Source: Oscillospiraceae bacterium (GTDB taxonomy: Bacteria > Bacillota > Clostridia > Oscillospirales > Ruminococcaceae). From it: a stretch of 30,347 nt of DNA. Numbering within the stretch: position 1 is the first letter of the stretch; each line of letters begins with the position of its first letter. Positions 16,484 to 24,428 of the stretch are shown one piece after another. The position numbers and the translations under genes were made by a program. The stretch covers positions 1-30,347 of the forward strand of contig JAFPXW010000425.1 of the NCBI GenBank assembly GCA_017394565.1. Direction: 5' to 3'. The notes under the pieces were generated by a model. That model saw only the letters and a list, made by a program, of their open reading frames with translations, was not told the DNA's origin and did not search any database.

Positions 16484-16827
16484 TTTTCAACAAAAATCGC
16501 CGCCGTTTCCCTCTCATTTTGGGGAACGGCGGCTTTGTGGATTTGTGGAATTCTCCCTGTTCAAACTGTGGAAATCCCCTTTGATCCGGCAGATCTCCGG
16601 CTTTTTCGCAGAAAGTGTTTATCCTGAAATTTCGCGATTTTTGGGGATGAACGTTTATTCCCATCTACAATTCGTAAATCCGCCGGAAATCTTTTCAACA
16701 TTTTCCGACAAAGGCTTGTCTGCGTAAGTTTTCCACTCTTTCAACAGACTTTTCCACATCCATGTGGATGGAAACACTGGGTTTTTCACGATGTTTTCAA
16801 CCTCCTTGTGGAAAGATGCGTGGAAAG
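16484..16827. promoter_or_regulatory. Cluster of DnaA-box-like 9-mers
   Basis: One exact TT(A/T)TNCACA match (TTTTCCACA, 16750-16758) plus about 11 near matches on both strands, for example TGTGGAAAT 16567, TTTTCAACA 16484 and 16692, TTTTCCACT 16729, TGTGGAAAG 16807. Confidence 0.6.
16499..16536 (+). terminator. Terminator after the DHHW gene
   Basis: GCCGCCGTTTCCC and GGGGAACGGCGGC form a 13-bp stem followed by TTTGT. Confidence 0.75.
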
Positions 16828-16907
16828 ATTTGTTTACGGCTTGTATATGTGCCACAAAATTGCCTATACTACTGGAAAATCATTGTATTTTTCAAGGAGG
16901 ATCCGCT

Positions 16908-17162
16908 ATGTTGAAAGGTGTCAATCACAAGGTCATCGAGGTCAACCGTCCGGACAGTCTGTATTTTGAACGTGCCGTCTTTTACCTGCGTCCCGAAGCC
17001 GACGACATCCCCACGCACGCCGCCCTGCGCGAAACGGAACAGTATTTCACCGGTCAGATGCGCCGCCGAAGCTGGCTGCGGCGCTGGCTGTGGTTCCTGC
17101 TGGGGGCGGCCGCTTCCGCCGGTGCCTTCGCGCTGGCCGGAAAGCTCGGACTGGCCGGATAG
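16908..17162 (+). CDS. Small protein with a C-terminal TM helix (84 aa), function unknown
   Basis: SD AAGGAGG 7 nt before ATG 16908. MLKGVNHKVIEVNRPDSLYFERAVFYLRP..., ending in RRRSWLRRWLWFLLGAAASAGAFALA. Upstream TTGTAT-18-TATACT and a downstream hairpin (17188-17216). Confidence 0.75.
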   Translation: MLKGVNHKVIEVNRPDSLYFERAVFYLRPEADDIPTHAALRETEQYFTGQMRRRSWLRRWLWFLLGAAASAGAFALAGKLGLAG

Positions 17163-17288
17163 GGTGCAGGATCTCTTGGTTTTTCCGAAGTCCCGGTGCA
17201 TTTCGCGTCGGGACTTTGCCTATTTGCACAAGAAAACGCACCGTTCGCCTGCCGTTCTTTAAATTTTTGGCAAGGTTGCAAAAAACAC

Positions 17289-17317
17289 TTGTAATTTTTT
17301 TGTAACCATGATATAAT
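17289..17317 (+). promoter_or_regulatory. Sigma-A promoter for rlmB and the downstream gene
   Basis: TTGTAA (17289-17294), 17 bp, TATAAT (17312-17317), with an extended -10 TG. Confidence 0.72.
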
Positions 17318-17381
17318 AGAATCGTATGAGAATATCCATGAATCGAGATACATTTATTATATTGATCGAAAGGTGAATCGT

Positions 17382-18119
17382 ATGCCTGAAAAAGAGAATA
17401 TGATCATCGGCAGAAACCCCGTCCGCGAAGCCCTTCGCAGCGGCACGCCGATCGACACTTTGTATATCAGCCAGGGCAGCGGCGGTCTGAGCGAGATCGT
17501 CGAGCTGGCCCGTGAGCAGAATGCGGTCATCAAGACCGTGAACGACCAGAAGCTCTCCCAGATGGCGGACGGCGGTGCGCACCAGGGCGTCATCGCATTC
17601 GGCGCAGTCGCTTCTTATGCAAGTCTGGAGGATCTCCTCGCTGTTTCCGCGAAGAAGGGCACCAAGCCCTTCCTCATCATCTGCGACGAGATCGAAGACC
17701 CCCACAACCTCGGCGCCATCATCCGGACGGCGGAAACTGCCGGTGCGGACGGTGTGATCATCCCGAAACGCCGCAGCGCTGCCCTCACGCCGACCGTCTA
17801 CAAGACCTCTGCCGGTGCCGCAAGCTGGCTGCCGGTCGCAAGAGTCCCCAATCTCGGCGCCGCCATCGACCAGCTCAAAAAAGCCGGCGTCTGGATCTAC
17901 GGCACCGATATGAACGGCGAACTTTACACGAATACACGCTTCGATGACGGCGGTGTTGCGCTCGTCATCGGCTCGGAGGGCAACGGCATGAGCCGCCTGA
18001 TCCGCGAAAAATGTGACTTTCTCGTCAAGCTCCCCATGATGGGCAGGATCACCTCCCTCAACGCATCTGTTGCAGCCGGGATCTTTATGTATGAGGTCGT
18101 AAGACAGAGAAATGCGTGA
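17382..18119 (+). CDS. rlmB: 23S rRNA (Gm2251) 2'-O-methyltransferase, SpoU/TrmH family
   Basis: IIGRNPVREAL, HQGVIA, DPHNLGAIIRTA, GSEGNG and SLNASVAAG SPOUT motifs. SD GAAAGGTG before ATG 17382. Confidence 0.93.
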   Translation: MPEKENMIIGRNPVREALRSGTPIDTLYISQGSGGLSEIVELAREQNAVIKTVNDQKLSQMADGGAHQGVIAFGAVASYASLEDLLAVSAKKGTKPFLIICDEIEDPHNLGAIIRTAETAGADGVIIPKRRSAALTPTVYKTSAGAASWLPVARVPNLGAAIDQLKKAGVWIYGTDMNGELYTNTRFDDGGVALVIGSEGNGMSRLIREKCDFLVKLPMMGRITSLNASVAAGIFMYEVVRQRNA

Positions 18120-18168
18120 ACATTTCTGATTTTCACCATCCCATCAGAAAGGATGAATTCATAGATCT

Positions 18169-20640
18169 ATGGATAACAACGAACAGCAGGATCTGACTCT
18201 CGAATCGATCCTCGATGAGTTCGGCGACGAGAACGCCGCACCGCCGGAACCGGAGCTTTCTCCGAAGGACCGCGCGGTCGCCGAGGCGCTTGCCCATGCA
18301 CAGGGTTCCCAACCCATGCGCCCGGAAAGCCGTCCCAAGAAAAACGCCAAGCGCACCAAGGTCAGCTTCCTGCAATCGGAACACTCCGATGCGGAACAGA
18401 TGCCGATGCGCGTGAACGTTCCCTCCGGTCAGACCAGGCCGGAGCCGCCGTCGGATCCGCCCATCCGGAATTTTTCCGACGACTCCCCCAAGATCCGCCG
18501 CATGAGCGATTCCACCCGTGCGCGTGAGATCGAGAAGATCAAGAAGAAAAACAAAAAGAACAAAAAAGCCAACGTCGCGCCGGAGGAACAGCCCTACGCC
18601 AAGGAACGCCCCGAAGGCGACTATATGTACACCCAGATCCACGGTGCCAAGCGTGCGCAGAAGCGCAAAAAAGTCAAGCGCACCCCCGACCTCGGTGCAG
18701 CCGGTACGGAAACCATCAGCCTGAATGTCCGCGATGTCGTTTCCGTCAAGCAGCTTCCCGAACCGGAGCCTGTCCAGCCGATCGAAGTCGAACCGGCGCC
18801 CCGCGCTGCCAAGACCAGCATCGACCTGTCCAATACCGCAGTTCTCGATCCCAACGAGATCGACATCACCATCAAGCGCTCCAAGGAGGAAGCCGAAGCC
18901 CTCACCCAGAAACGCCGCGAGATCATCAACAAGATGGAGCTCTCCACCGTTTCCGACATCCGCGGCGACATCGCGGAACTCAAGAGCGCGATCGGATTCC
19001 GGATCTTTGCGCTGGCGGTCGTGTTCATCATCAGCGGTCTGCTGGTGGTCGGCACACTCTGGAATTTCGTCTGGATCATGGAGATGAACGCCGTCATCGC
19101 TGCGATCATCCAGTTCCTTCTGGCGGCAGCGGCCGCGATCGTCTGCCTGCCGGTGCTGAAAAACGGCTTCCGCAGACTGCTTTCGTTCCAGGCGGACACT
19201 GACAGTGTAGCAGCCGTCGCATTCGCCGGATGCAGTGCGGTCACACTCGTCAATGCGGTGCTTTCCGTCATGCAGGCGGAAACGCTCCCCTGCTATCTTC
19301 CCTGCGCAGTTCTGGCGCTTTTGCTGCATTCTGTCGGCAAAATGCTCATCATCAGCCGGGAACTGACCAACCTGAAGCTTGCCACGAGCCACGCCAATTG
19401 CAGCGGCGTGACCATCGTGGAGGACGAGCAGCGTGCCGATGCACTGGCTCGCGGTGTTCTGGGCGATTTCCCGATCCTCGCAGCCATGCGGCACACGGAT
19501 TCGCTCATCGACTTCCGGAAATACACCTATTCTGCCGACCTTGCGGATAAATTCTGCCGCATCGCCGCACCCCTGACGACCATCGGTGCGCTGGGTGCTG
19601 CCGTTGCACTGACTCTGCTCAAAGCCGAAAGCGTCGCTTACGGACTGCAATTGTTCTCGATGCTGGCGGTTGCCGCAAGCTGTGCGTCCATCACGTTCGT
19701 CGTGAACCTGCCGCTGTTCAACGCAACGCGCAGCATGGCGAAAAACGGCGCTCTCCTGCTGGGATACCAGAGCGTGGATGATTTTTACGACACCAATGCC
19801 ATGATGATCGATGCCGCTTCCCTCTATCCGGAGGGTTCGGTGCATCTTGCCGGTGTGAAGATGTTCTCCAATGTCAACATGGAGGAAACCCTCCTGGCTG
19901 CCGCAAGTCTCGCGACACACGCTGGCAGCGTCATCCGCACGGCATTCGGTGAAGTGCTGGAAGGCAAGGAAAATCGCCTGTATCCGGTCGAAAATTACGT
20001 TTATGAGGATTCGCTCGGACTGTGCGGCTGGATCCACAGCCAGCGTGTCCTGCTTGGCAGCCGCGACCTGATGAAAGCCCACAACATCGAGGGACTTCCC
20101 TCCCGTGCGAGGGAAGCCGAGATGGTCGGCCCGAATCAGGAAGCTGTGTATCTGTCCGTTTCCGGCAATCTTTCGGCAATTTTCCTCGTGGAACTGCGTG
20201 CCGACCGTCTGGTGAAATTCTGGACAAAGCACTGTGCCAAGCGCGGTGTCTGCCTGATCCTGCGCAGCGTGGATCCGATCATCACCCTAAACCGCATCGC
20301 ATCGACGTTCGAGATCCCGGCTTCCATGCTCAAGATCATCCCGGCACGGATGCACAAGGAGTACGACAAGGAGACCGCACCGGTCGAGAACATGAGCGCC
20401 TCCATGGCGTGTACCGGCGGTTTTTCGAGTCTGGCACACCTCATCATCGGCACAAAGGTGCTCCGCCGCACCGCCATGTTCGGCATTTTCGTGCAGGCAG
20501 TCGCTGTTCTGCTGGGCATCGGCCTGGTGCTGATGGAGTCCATCCTCGGTCTGGGACTGACACCGGCAGGAATGCTGATCTTCCAGATCGTGACCTCGCT
20601 CCTGACCATCCTGACGGTCAATATCCGGCGCACTTACTGA
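18169..20640 (+). CDS. Polytopic membrane protein resembling a degenerate heavy-metal (P1B) P-type ATPase, with a long charged N-terminal extension
   Basis: Colinear similarity to P1B ATPases (KNGFRRLLSFQADTDSVAAV, LADKF, AKNGALLLGYQSVD, LLAAASL, GLCGWI..RVLLGSRDLM, AVYLSVSG). DKTGT, TGES, CPC, HP and GDGxND motifs are absent or altered. Confidence 0.75.
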   Translation: MDNNEQQDLTLESILDEFGDENAAPPEPELSPKDRAVAEALAHAQGSQPMRPESRPKKNAKRTKVSFLQSEHSDAEQMPMRVNVPSGQTRPEPPSDPPIRNFSDDSPKIRRMSDSTRAREIEKIKKKNKKNKKANVAPEEQPYAKERPEGDYMYTQIHGAKRAQKRKKVKRTPDLGAAGTETISLNVRDVVSVKQLPEPEPVQPIEVEPAPRAAKTSIDLSNTAVLDPNEIDITIKRSKEEAEALTQKRREIINKMELSTVSDIRGDIAELKSAIGFRIFALAVVFIISGLLVVGTLWNFVWIMEMNAVIAAIIQFLLAAAAAIVCLPVLKNGFRRLLSFQADTDSVAAVAFAGCSAVTLVNAVLSVMQAETLPCYLPCAVLALLLHSVGKMLIISRELTNLKLATSHANCSGVTIVEDEQRADALARGVLGDFPILAAMRHTDSLIDFRKYTYSADLADKFCRIAAPLTTIGALGAAVALTLLKAESVAYGLQLFSMLAVAASCASITFVVNLPLFNATRSMAKNGALLLGYQSVDDFYDTNAMMIDAASLYPEGSVHLAGVKMFSNVNMEETLLAAASLATHAGSVIRTAFGEVLEGKENRLYPVENYVYEDSLGLCGWIHSQRVLLGSRDLMKAHNIEGLPSRAREAEMVGPNQEAVYLSVSGNLSAIFLVELRADRLVKFWTKHCAKRGVCLILRSVDPIITLNRIASTFEIPASMLKIIPARMHKEYDKETAPVENMSASMACTGGFSSLAHLIIGTKVLRRTAMFGIFVQAVAVLLGIGLVLMESILGLGLTPAGMLIFQIVTSLLTILTVNIRRTY

Positions 20641-20648
20641 TTTTTACG

Positions 20649-20684
20649 AAGTGGAAACGGGGGCTTGCACCGCTTCCACTTCTT
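20649..20684 (+). terminator. Terminator after the P-type-ATPase-like gene
   Basis: AAGTGGAA and TTCCACTT plus CGG/CCG form the stem, followed by CTTGT. Confidence 0.65.
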
Positions 20685-20688
20685 GTAT

Positions 20689-20874
20689 TATACTACGCGC
20701 TATTGCAAATCGTAATAACGATTTGCAATCCGCCGTCTTTGACGGCGGGGCGGCACTGTGTGCCGCTAAGCGCTTCGTTTATACGCCCTCTGCCAAAGCC
20801 ACATAGTGGCTTTGGCGGCTGCTGCGCAGCCTGCAAAGCACAACGTGTTGTGCTTTGCAATAGAGGGCAGTATA
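20689..20874. mobile_element. MITE-like element (186 bp) with TATA ends, imperfect terminal inverted repeats and six internal perfect hairpins
   Basis: Left end TATACTACGCGCTATTGCAAA versus the reverse complement of the right end TATACTGCCCTCTATTGCAAA: 18/21 identical. It begins and ends with TA. No coding capacity. Confidence 0.6.
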
Positions 20875-20920
20875 TACGATTGGATGATACCCTACAGACA
20901 GAACAGAAAGGAGATGCGAT

Positions 20921-22321
20921 ATGGCAGACCTGCCAAAACCGCATAAAAAGCCCACAAACGGGCAGGATCGCCCTTACGACGAGCTGCGCCGTGAGGAAGC
21001 CATCCGCAAAGCCCGCGCCGCACGTTCGGCACAGAAGAAACCCACCGGCAAGGAACGCTTCGCCAGCGATACCGAAACCATCAGCGTTCCGCCGGAGATC
21101 TACCGGGAACAGGAATATCCGGAAAATGGCTACCGTTCGCCGGAAAGCCGCCGCCCCGCGCAGGGAAATTACCGGGATCCCGAGAGCGATTACGGCATCC
21201 CCGACGGCTATGATCCTTACGAAATGCCCCGTCCGCGCCGGAAAGCCCCGCGCCGCAATGACGGCTACCGTCCGCCGAAAGCGTCTTACTATGACGATGA
21301 TTACGAAGAACCGCGCCGCCCGAAGAAACGCAAACGCCGCAGACGGCATCGTTCCTCCTGCATCGGGCGCATCATCCGCGGCGCTGTGATCTTCCTGGCG
21401 TCCATTTTTGTACTGTATTCCGGCGTTTCGCTCGCGCTCATCTCGCGCCTCCAGAAAGTCCCGGAAGCCCCGCGCACCGTCACGACCGGCTCCATCGGCA
21501 ATGCCAACTACACACGGACGATCCTGCTCATCGGTACGGATTCGCGCGATCTTTCGCAGGAAAGAGGACGCTCCGACTCCATGATCCTGCTCACGCTCAA
21601 TGACGCGACGCACGAGATGTACATGAGTTCGCTCATGCGTGATGCCTACGTCGCGATCCCCAACCGCGGCTATGATAAACTCAACGCGGCGTATTCCTAC
21701 GGCGGTGCGGAGCTGCTCATGGATACCATCGAGCGCAACTACGACGTGAGCGTGGATGATTACATCTGCGTCAGCTTCACCGGATTTGCCGGCATTATCG
21801 ACGCGTTCGGCGGCGTGGAGATCACCCTCAGCGATGCCGAAGCCAACGCCGTCAATGTCATCCTCCAGAGCGAGGTCAATGAACTCATGGGCGACGATCC
21901 CATGGCGGATTTCCTGCCGTCCGGCGGCACCTACAATCTGTCCGGAAAACAGGCGCTTTCCTATGCGCGGATCCGTTACGTCGGGAATGCGGACTTTGAG
22001 CGCACCTCCCGTCAGCGCGAGGTCATGACGCAGCTGCTCCGGAATGCCAAGCGCCGTGCCGCGACCGCTGTCCCGAAGCTCGTTGATTCCGCGCTGCCGC
22101 GCGTTTCCACGAATATGAATACCGGAGAACTGTACCTGCTGTCCCTGCGGATGCCCTTTGCACTTGGCTATGATATGCGCCAGCAGCAGATCCCTGCCGA
22201 CGGCACATGGAGTGCTGCCGATATCGGCGGCGTGTCCGTTCTCCAGATCGACACCAATGCCAATCAGGCTCTCCTGCGCGATACCGCTTACGCCTCCCGC
22301 AGGTCAGCATCGGAGGAATGA
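20921..22321 (+). CDS. LCP (LytR-CpsA-Psr) family glycopolymer transferase
   Basis: Arg/Pro/Tyr-rich cytoplasmic N-terminus, basic stop-transfer plus a single TM, then TILLIGTD, RSDSMIL, RDAYV, KLNAAYSYGG, ALSYARIRY and DFERTSRQR (conserved Arg residues). SD GAAAGGAG. Confidence 0.93.
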   Translation: MADLPKPHKKPTNGQDRPYDELRREEAIRKARAARSAQKKPTGKERFASDTETISVPPEIYREQEYPENGYRSPESRRPAQGNYRDPESDYGIPDGYDPYEMPRPRRKAPRRNDGYRPPKASYYDDDYEEPRRPKKRKRRRRHRSSCIGRIIRGAVIFLASIFVLYSGVSLALISRLQKVPEAPRTVTTGSIGNANYTRTILLIGTDSRDLSQERGRSDSMILLTLNDATHEMYMSSLMRDAYVAIPNRGYDKLNAAYSYGGAELLMDTIERNYDVSVDDYICVSFTGFAGIIDAFGGVEITLSDAEANAVNVILQSEVNELMGDDPMADFLPSGGTYNLSGKQALSYARIRYVGNADFERTSRQREVMTQLLRNAKRRAATAVPKLVDSALPRVSTNMNTGELYLLSLRMPFALGYDMRQQQIPADGTWSAADIGGVSVLQIDTNANQALLRDTAYASRRSASEE

Positions 22322-22323
22322 CC

Positions 22324-23373
22324 ATGAAACGTTTGATCCTTGTTTCCGCCGCGATAGCCCTGTTTCTGACAGGCTGCGGCTCAAAATCCAGGCAGCAGGA
22401 CATTTCCCTGCCGGACAATGCCGCCGAAGCGACTGTCCCTGCGGAAACCGAAACCACTCCGCCGCGCCCCATCGCCGAACGTGCCGCAGAACTGCAAAGC
22501 GCCGGTGATACGCATATTTTTGACGAGCAGGGCGTCCTTTCCGATGAGGAAAAGGAACAGTACAACAACTACCTCGAATGGCTCGCGAACATCCGCCAGA
22601 TCCGGACGGCGGCGGTCATCACCGATCAGCTTGGCGGCAAAACACCGGAGGATTTCTCGGCGGAATACTACCACACGCTCTTTGGCACCGCACCCAACGG
22701 CTTCCTGCTGCTCATCAACAACGACACCAACCGCGATTATGTTTACTGCGAAGGTGCGTGCAAAACCTACATCAGCTCCGATCTTGCCATCGCCAAGGCA
22801 ACACCCTTCCTCATCGAGCAGAAATACGCCGATGCGCTGGAGATCCTGCTGCCGGTCGGCGAGATGGTGCCCGACCGCGTACTGGATCGCTGCGGCGCCC
22901 TCACGCCGGAACAGGTCGAGGAACTGCGTGCGCTTGCGGATCCGGGTGATTCCCGATATTGCGTGCTTTTCACAAAGGAAGCCCCGTCTGCCGAGGGCGT
23001 GACCGAAGCCGTCCCGACAGAAACCGAAGCGCCGGACACTGCCGAGCCTGAAGCAGCATCCGACGAAACGTCTGCACCGGACAATGCGGAGGCAGACGCT
23101 CCCGAAACAGCTGAGACCGGCGATCCCGATGCCGAAACAACGGCCGCGGAATCCCCTGCCCCCGAACCTGCACCGGCAGAGCTGAAAACATTCGCCGACG
23201 ATGTCTGCCGGCAGAACGAAGCCGACCGCCTGCTGGTGATCGACGCCGCCCATTCCTTCGCCTGGATCGCCGGGAAGGAAGATGAAGCGCTTTCTGCCGA
23301 AATTCAGGCGGTTTTGCGGACAGACGGTGCATTCGCTGCCGCAAAGCTGTATTATGAGAGGGTGCTTCCGTAA
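22324..23373 (+). CDS. TPM-domain lipoprotein
   Basis: SD GGAGG; lipobox FLTGC. HIFDEQGVLSDEEKEQY...TAAVITDQL...NGFLLLIN...YVYCEG resembles a TPM domain, and a second degenerate copy (RVLDRCGALTPEQ) is interrupted by an acidic linker. Confidence 0.7.
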   Translation: MKRLILVSAAIALFLTGCGSKSRQQDISLPDNAAEATVPAETETTPPRPIAERAAELQSAGDTHIFDEQGVLSDEEKEQYNNYLEWLANIRQIRTAAVITDQLGGKTPEDFSAEYYHTLFGTAPNGFLLLINNDTNRDYVYCEGACKTYISSDLAIAKATPFLIEQKYADALEILLPVGEMVPDRVLDRCGALTPEQVEELRALADPGDSRYCVLFTKEAPSAEGVTEAVPTETEAPDTAEPEAASDETSAPDNAEADAPETAETGDPDAETTAAESPAPEPAPAELKTFADDVCRQNEADRLLVIDAAHSFAWIAGKEDEALSAEIQAVLRTDGAFAAAKLYYERVLP

Positions 23374-23403
23374 ACAGGAAATTGTTAAATTTCCACAAAA
23401 CAC

Positions 23404-23432
23404 TGTACAAACCGCGCCAGATATGTTATAAT
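23404..23432 (+). promoter_or_regulatory. Putative extended -10 promoter for the moxR operon
   Basis: TGTACA (23404-23409), 17 bp, TATAAT (23427-23432), with TG at 23424-23425. Confidence 0.6.
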
Positions 23433-23489
23433 GAAGGGAGAACTTTTTTCGGGGTGCATCCCCGTTCCCATACAAAGGAGGAACCAACT

Positions 23490-24425
23490 ATGCAACAGGA
23501 GATCCAGAAACTGCTCGACAGCACCGGAAAGGTCATCATCGGTAAGGACGAGACCGTGCTGCAGGCCATCATCGCCATGCTTTGCGGCGGTCATGTACTG
23601 CTTGAGGACGTCCCCGGCGTCGGCAAAACGCAGCTGGCAGCAGCGCTCTCGAAATCCGTCGGCGGCGAATTCCACCGGATCCAGCTTACCCCCGACATCA
23701 TGCCCTCCGATATCACCGGTTATTCTGTTGTCAATCAGCAGGACGGTTCGCTCGAATACCGCCCCGGTGCGGCAATGTGTAACTTCCTGCTCGCCGACGA
23801 GATCAACCGTGCTTCCCCGAAGGTGCAGTCCGCACTGCTGGAGATCATGGAGGAGCACCAGATCTCCCTCGACGGTCAGACGCACATCCTGCCGGAACCG
23901 TTCATGGTCATCGCGACGCAGAATCCGGTCGAAACCTACGGTACCTACCACCTGCCCGAAGCACAGATGGATCGCTTCTTTATGAAGATCTCCATGGGCT
24001 ACCCCACCCTGCAGGAGGAAATTGCCATCCTCGACCGCAACGGTGAGCAGAATCCCATCAAAAATATCACCGAGCCTGCCCTCACGACCGCACAGATCAT
24101 GGATCTGCAAAAGCGTGTCAATGATGTGCAGGTGTCCGACAGCGTGAGAAATTACATCATCGCGCTCGTTCATGCAACGCGCGACAGCGATCTGACCGCG
24201 CTCGGCGTCAGTCCCCGCGGCTCCATCGCCTGCTTCAAGGCTGTCCGCGCATCGGCGTTCGTCCACGGCAGAAGCTTCGTCACACCGGACGATGTCAAGT
24301 CCCTTGCCGTTCCGGTTCTCGCGCACAGGATCCTTCTGTCGCCGAAGGGCCGGAATCAGCTCGGCTCTCCGGAAGCCCTCGTGCGTCAGCTGCTCGAATC
24401 CACCCCCGTTCCCACGGGTGCATAA
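23490..24425 (+). CDS. moxR: MoxR family AAA+ ATPase
   Basis: SD AAAGGAGG, start 23490. Walker A LEDVPGVGKT, RIQLTPDIMPSDITG, Walker B LLADEINRA, ATQNP, LPEAQMDRF, GVSPRG. Confidence 0.95.
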   Translation: MQQEIQKLLDSTGKVIIGKDETVLQAIIAMLCGGHVLLEDVPGVGKTQLAAALSKSVGGEFHRIQLTPDIMPSDITGYSVVNQQDGSLEYRPGAAMCNFLLADEINRASPKVQSALLEIMEEHQISLDGQTHILPEPFMVIATQNPVETYGTYHLPEAQMDRFFMKISMGYPTLQEEIAILDRNGEQNPIKNITEPALTTAQIMDLQKRVNDVQVSDSVRNYIIALVHATRDSDLTALGVSPRGSIACFKAVRASAFVHGRSFVTPDDVKSLAVPVLAHRILLSPKGRNQLGSPEALVRQLLESTPVPTGA

Positions 24426-24428
24426 GCC

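Noticed and set aside
16484-16827. oriC or CRISPR interpretation of the repeat-rich spacer
   Set aside because: There are no dnaA/dnaN neighbours or clear unwinding element, and the repeats are 9-mers in mixed orientation with no regular repeat-spacer period.
18169-20640. Calling the P-type-ATPase-like gene a pseudogene or a functional metal pump
   Set aside because: The reading frame is intact over 823 codons with a good SD, so it is not a pseudogene. The motifs essential for pumping are missing, so it is not a canonical pump.
20689-20874. tRNA, CRISPR array or integron attC site
   Set aside because: The cloverleaf has 2-3 nt loops with no D/T-loop consensus or CCA, the hairpins are not copies of one another, and RYYYAAC/GTTRRRY ends are absent.
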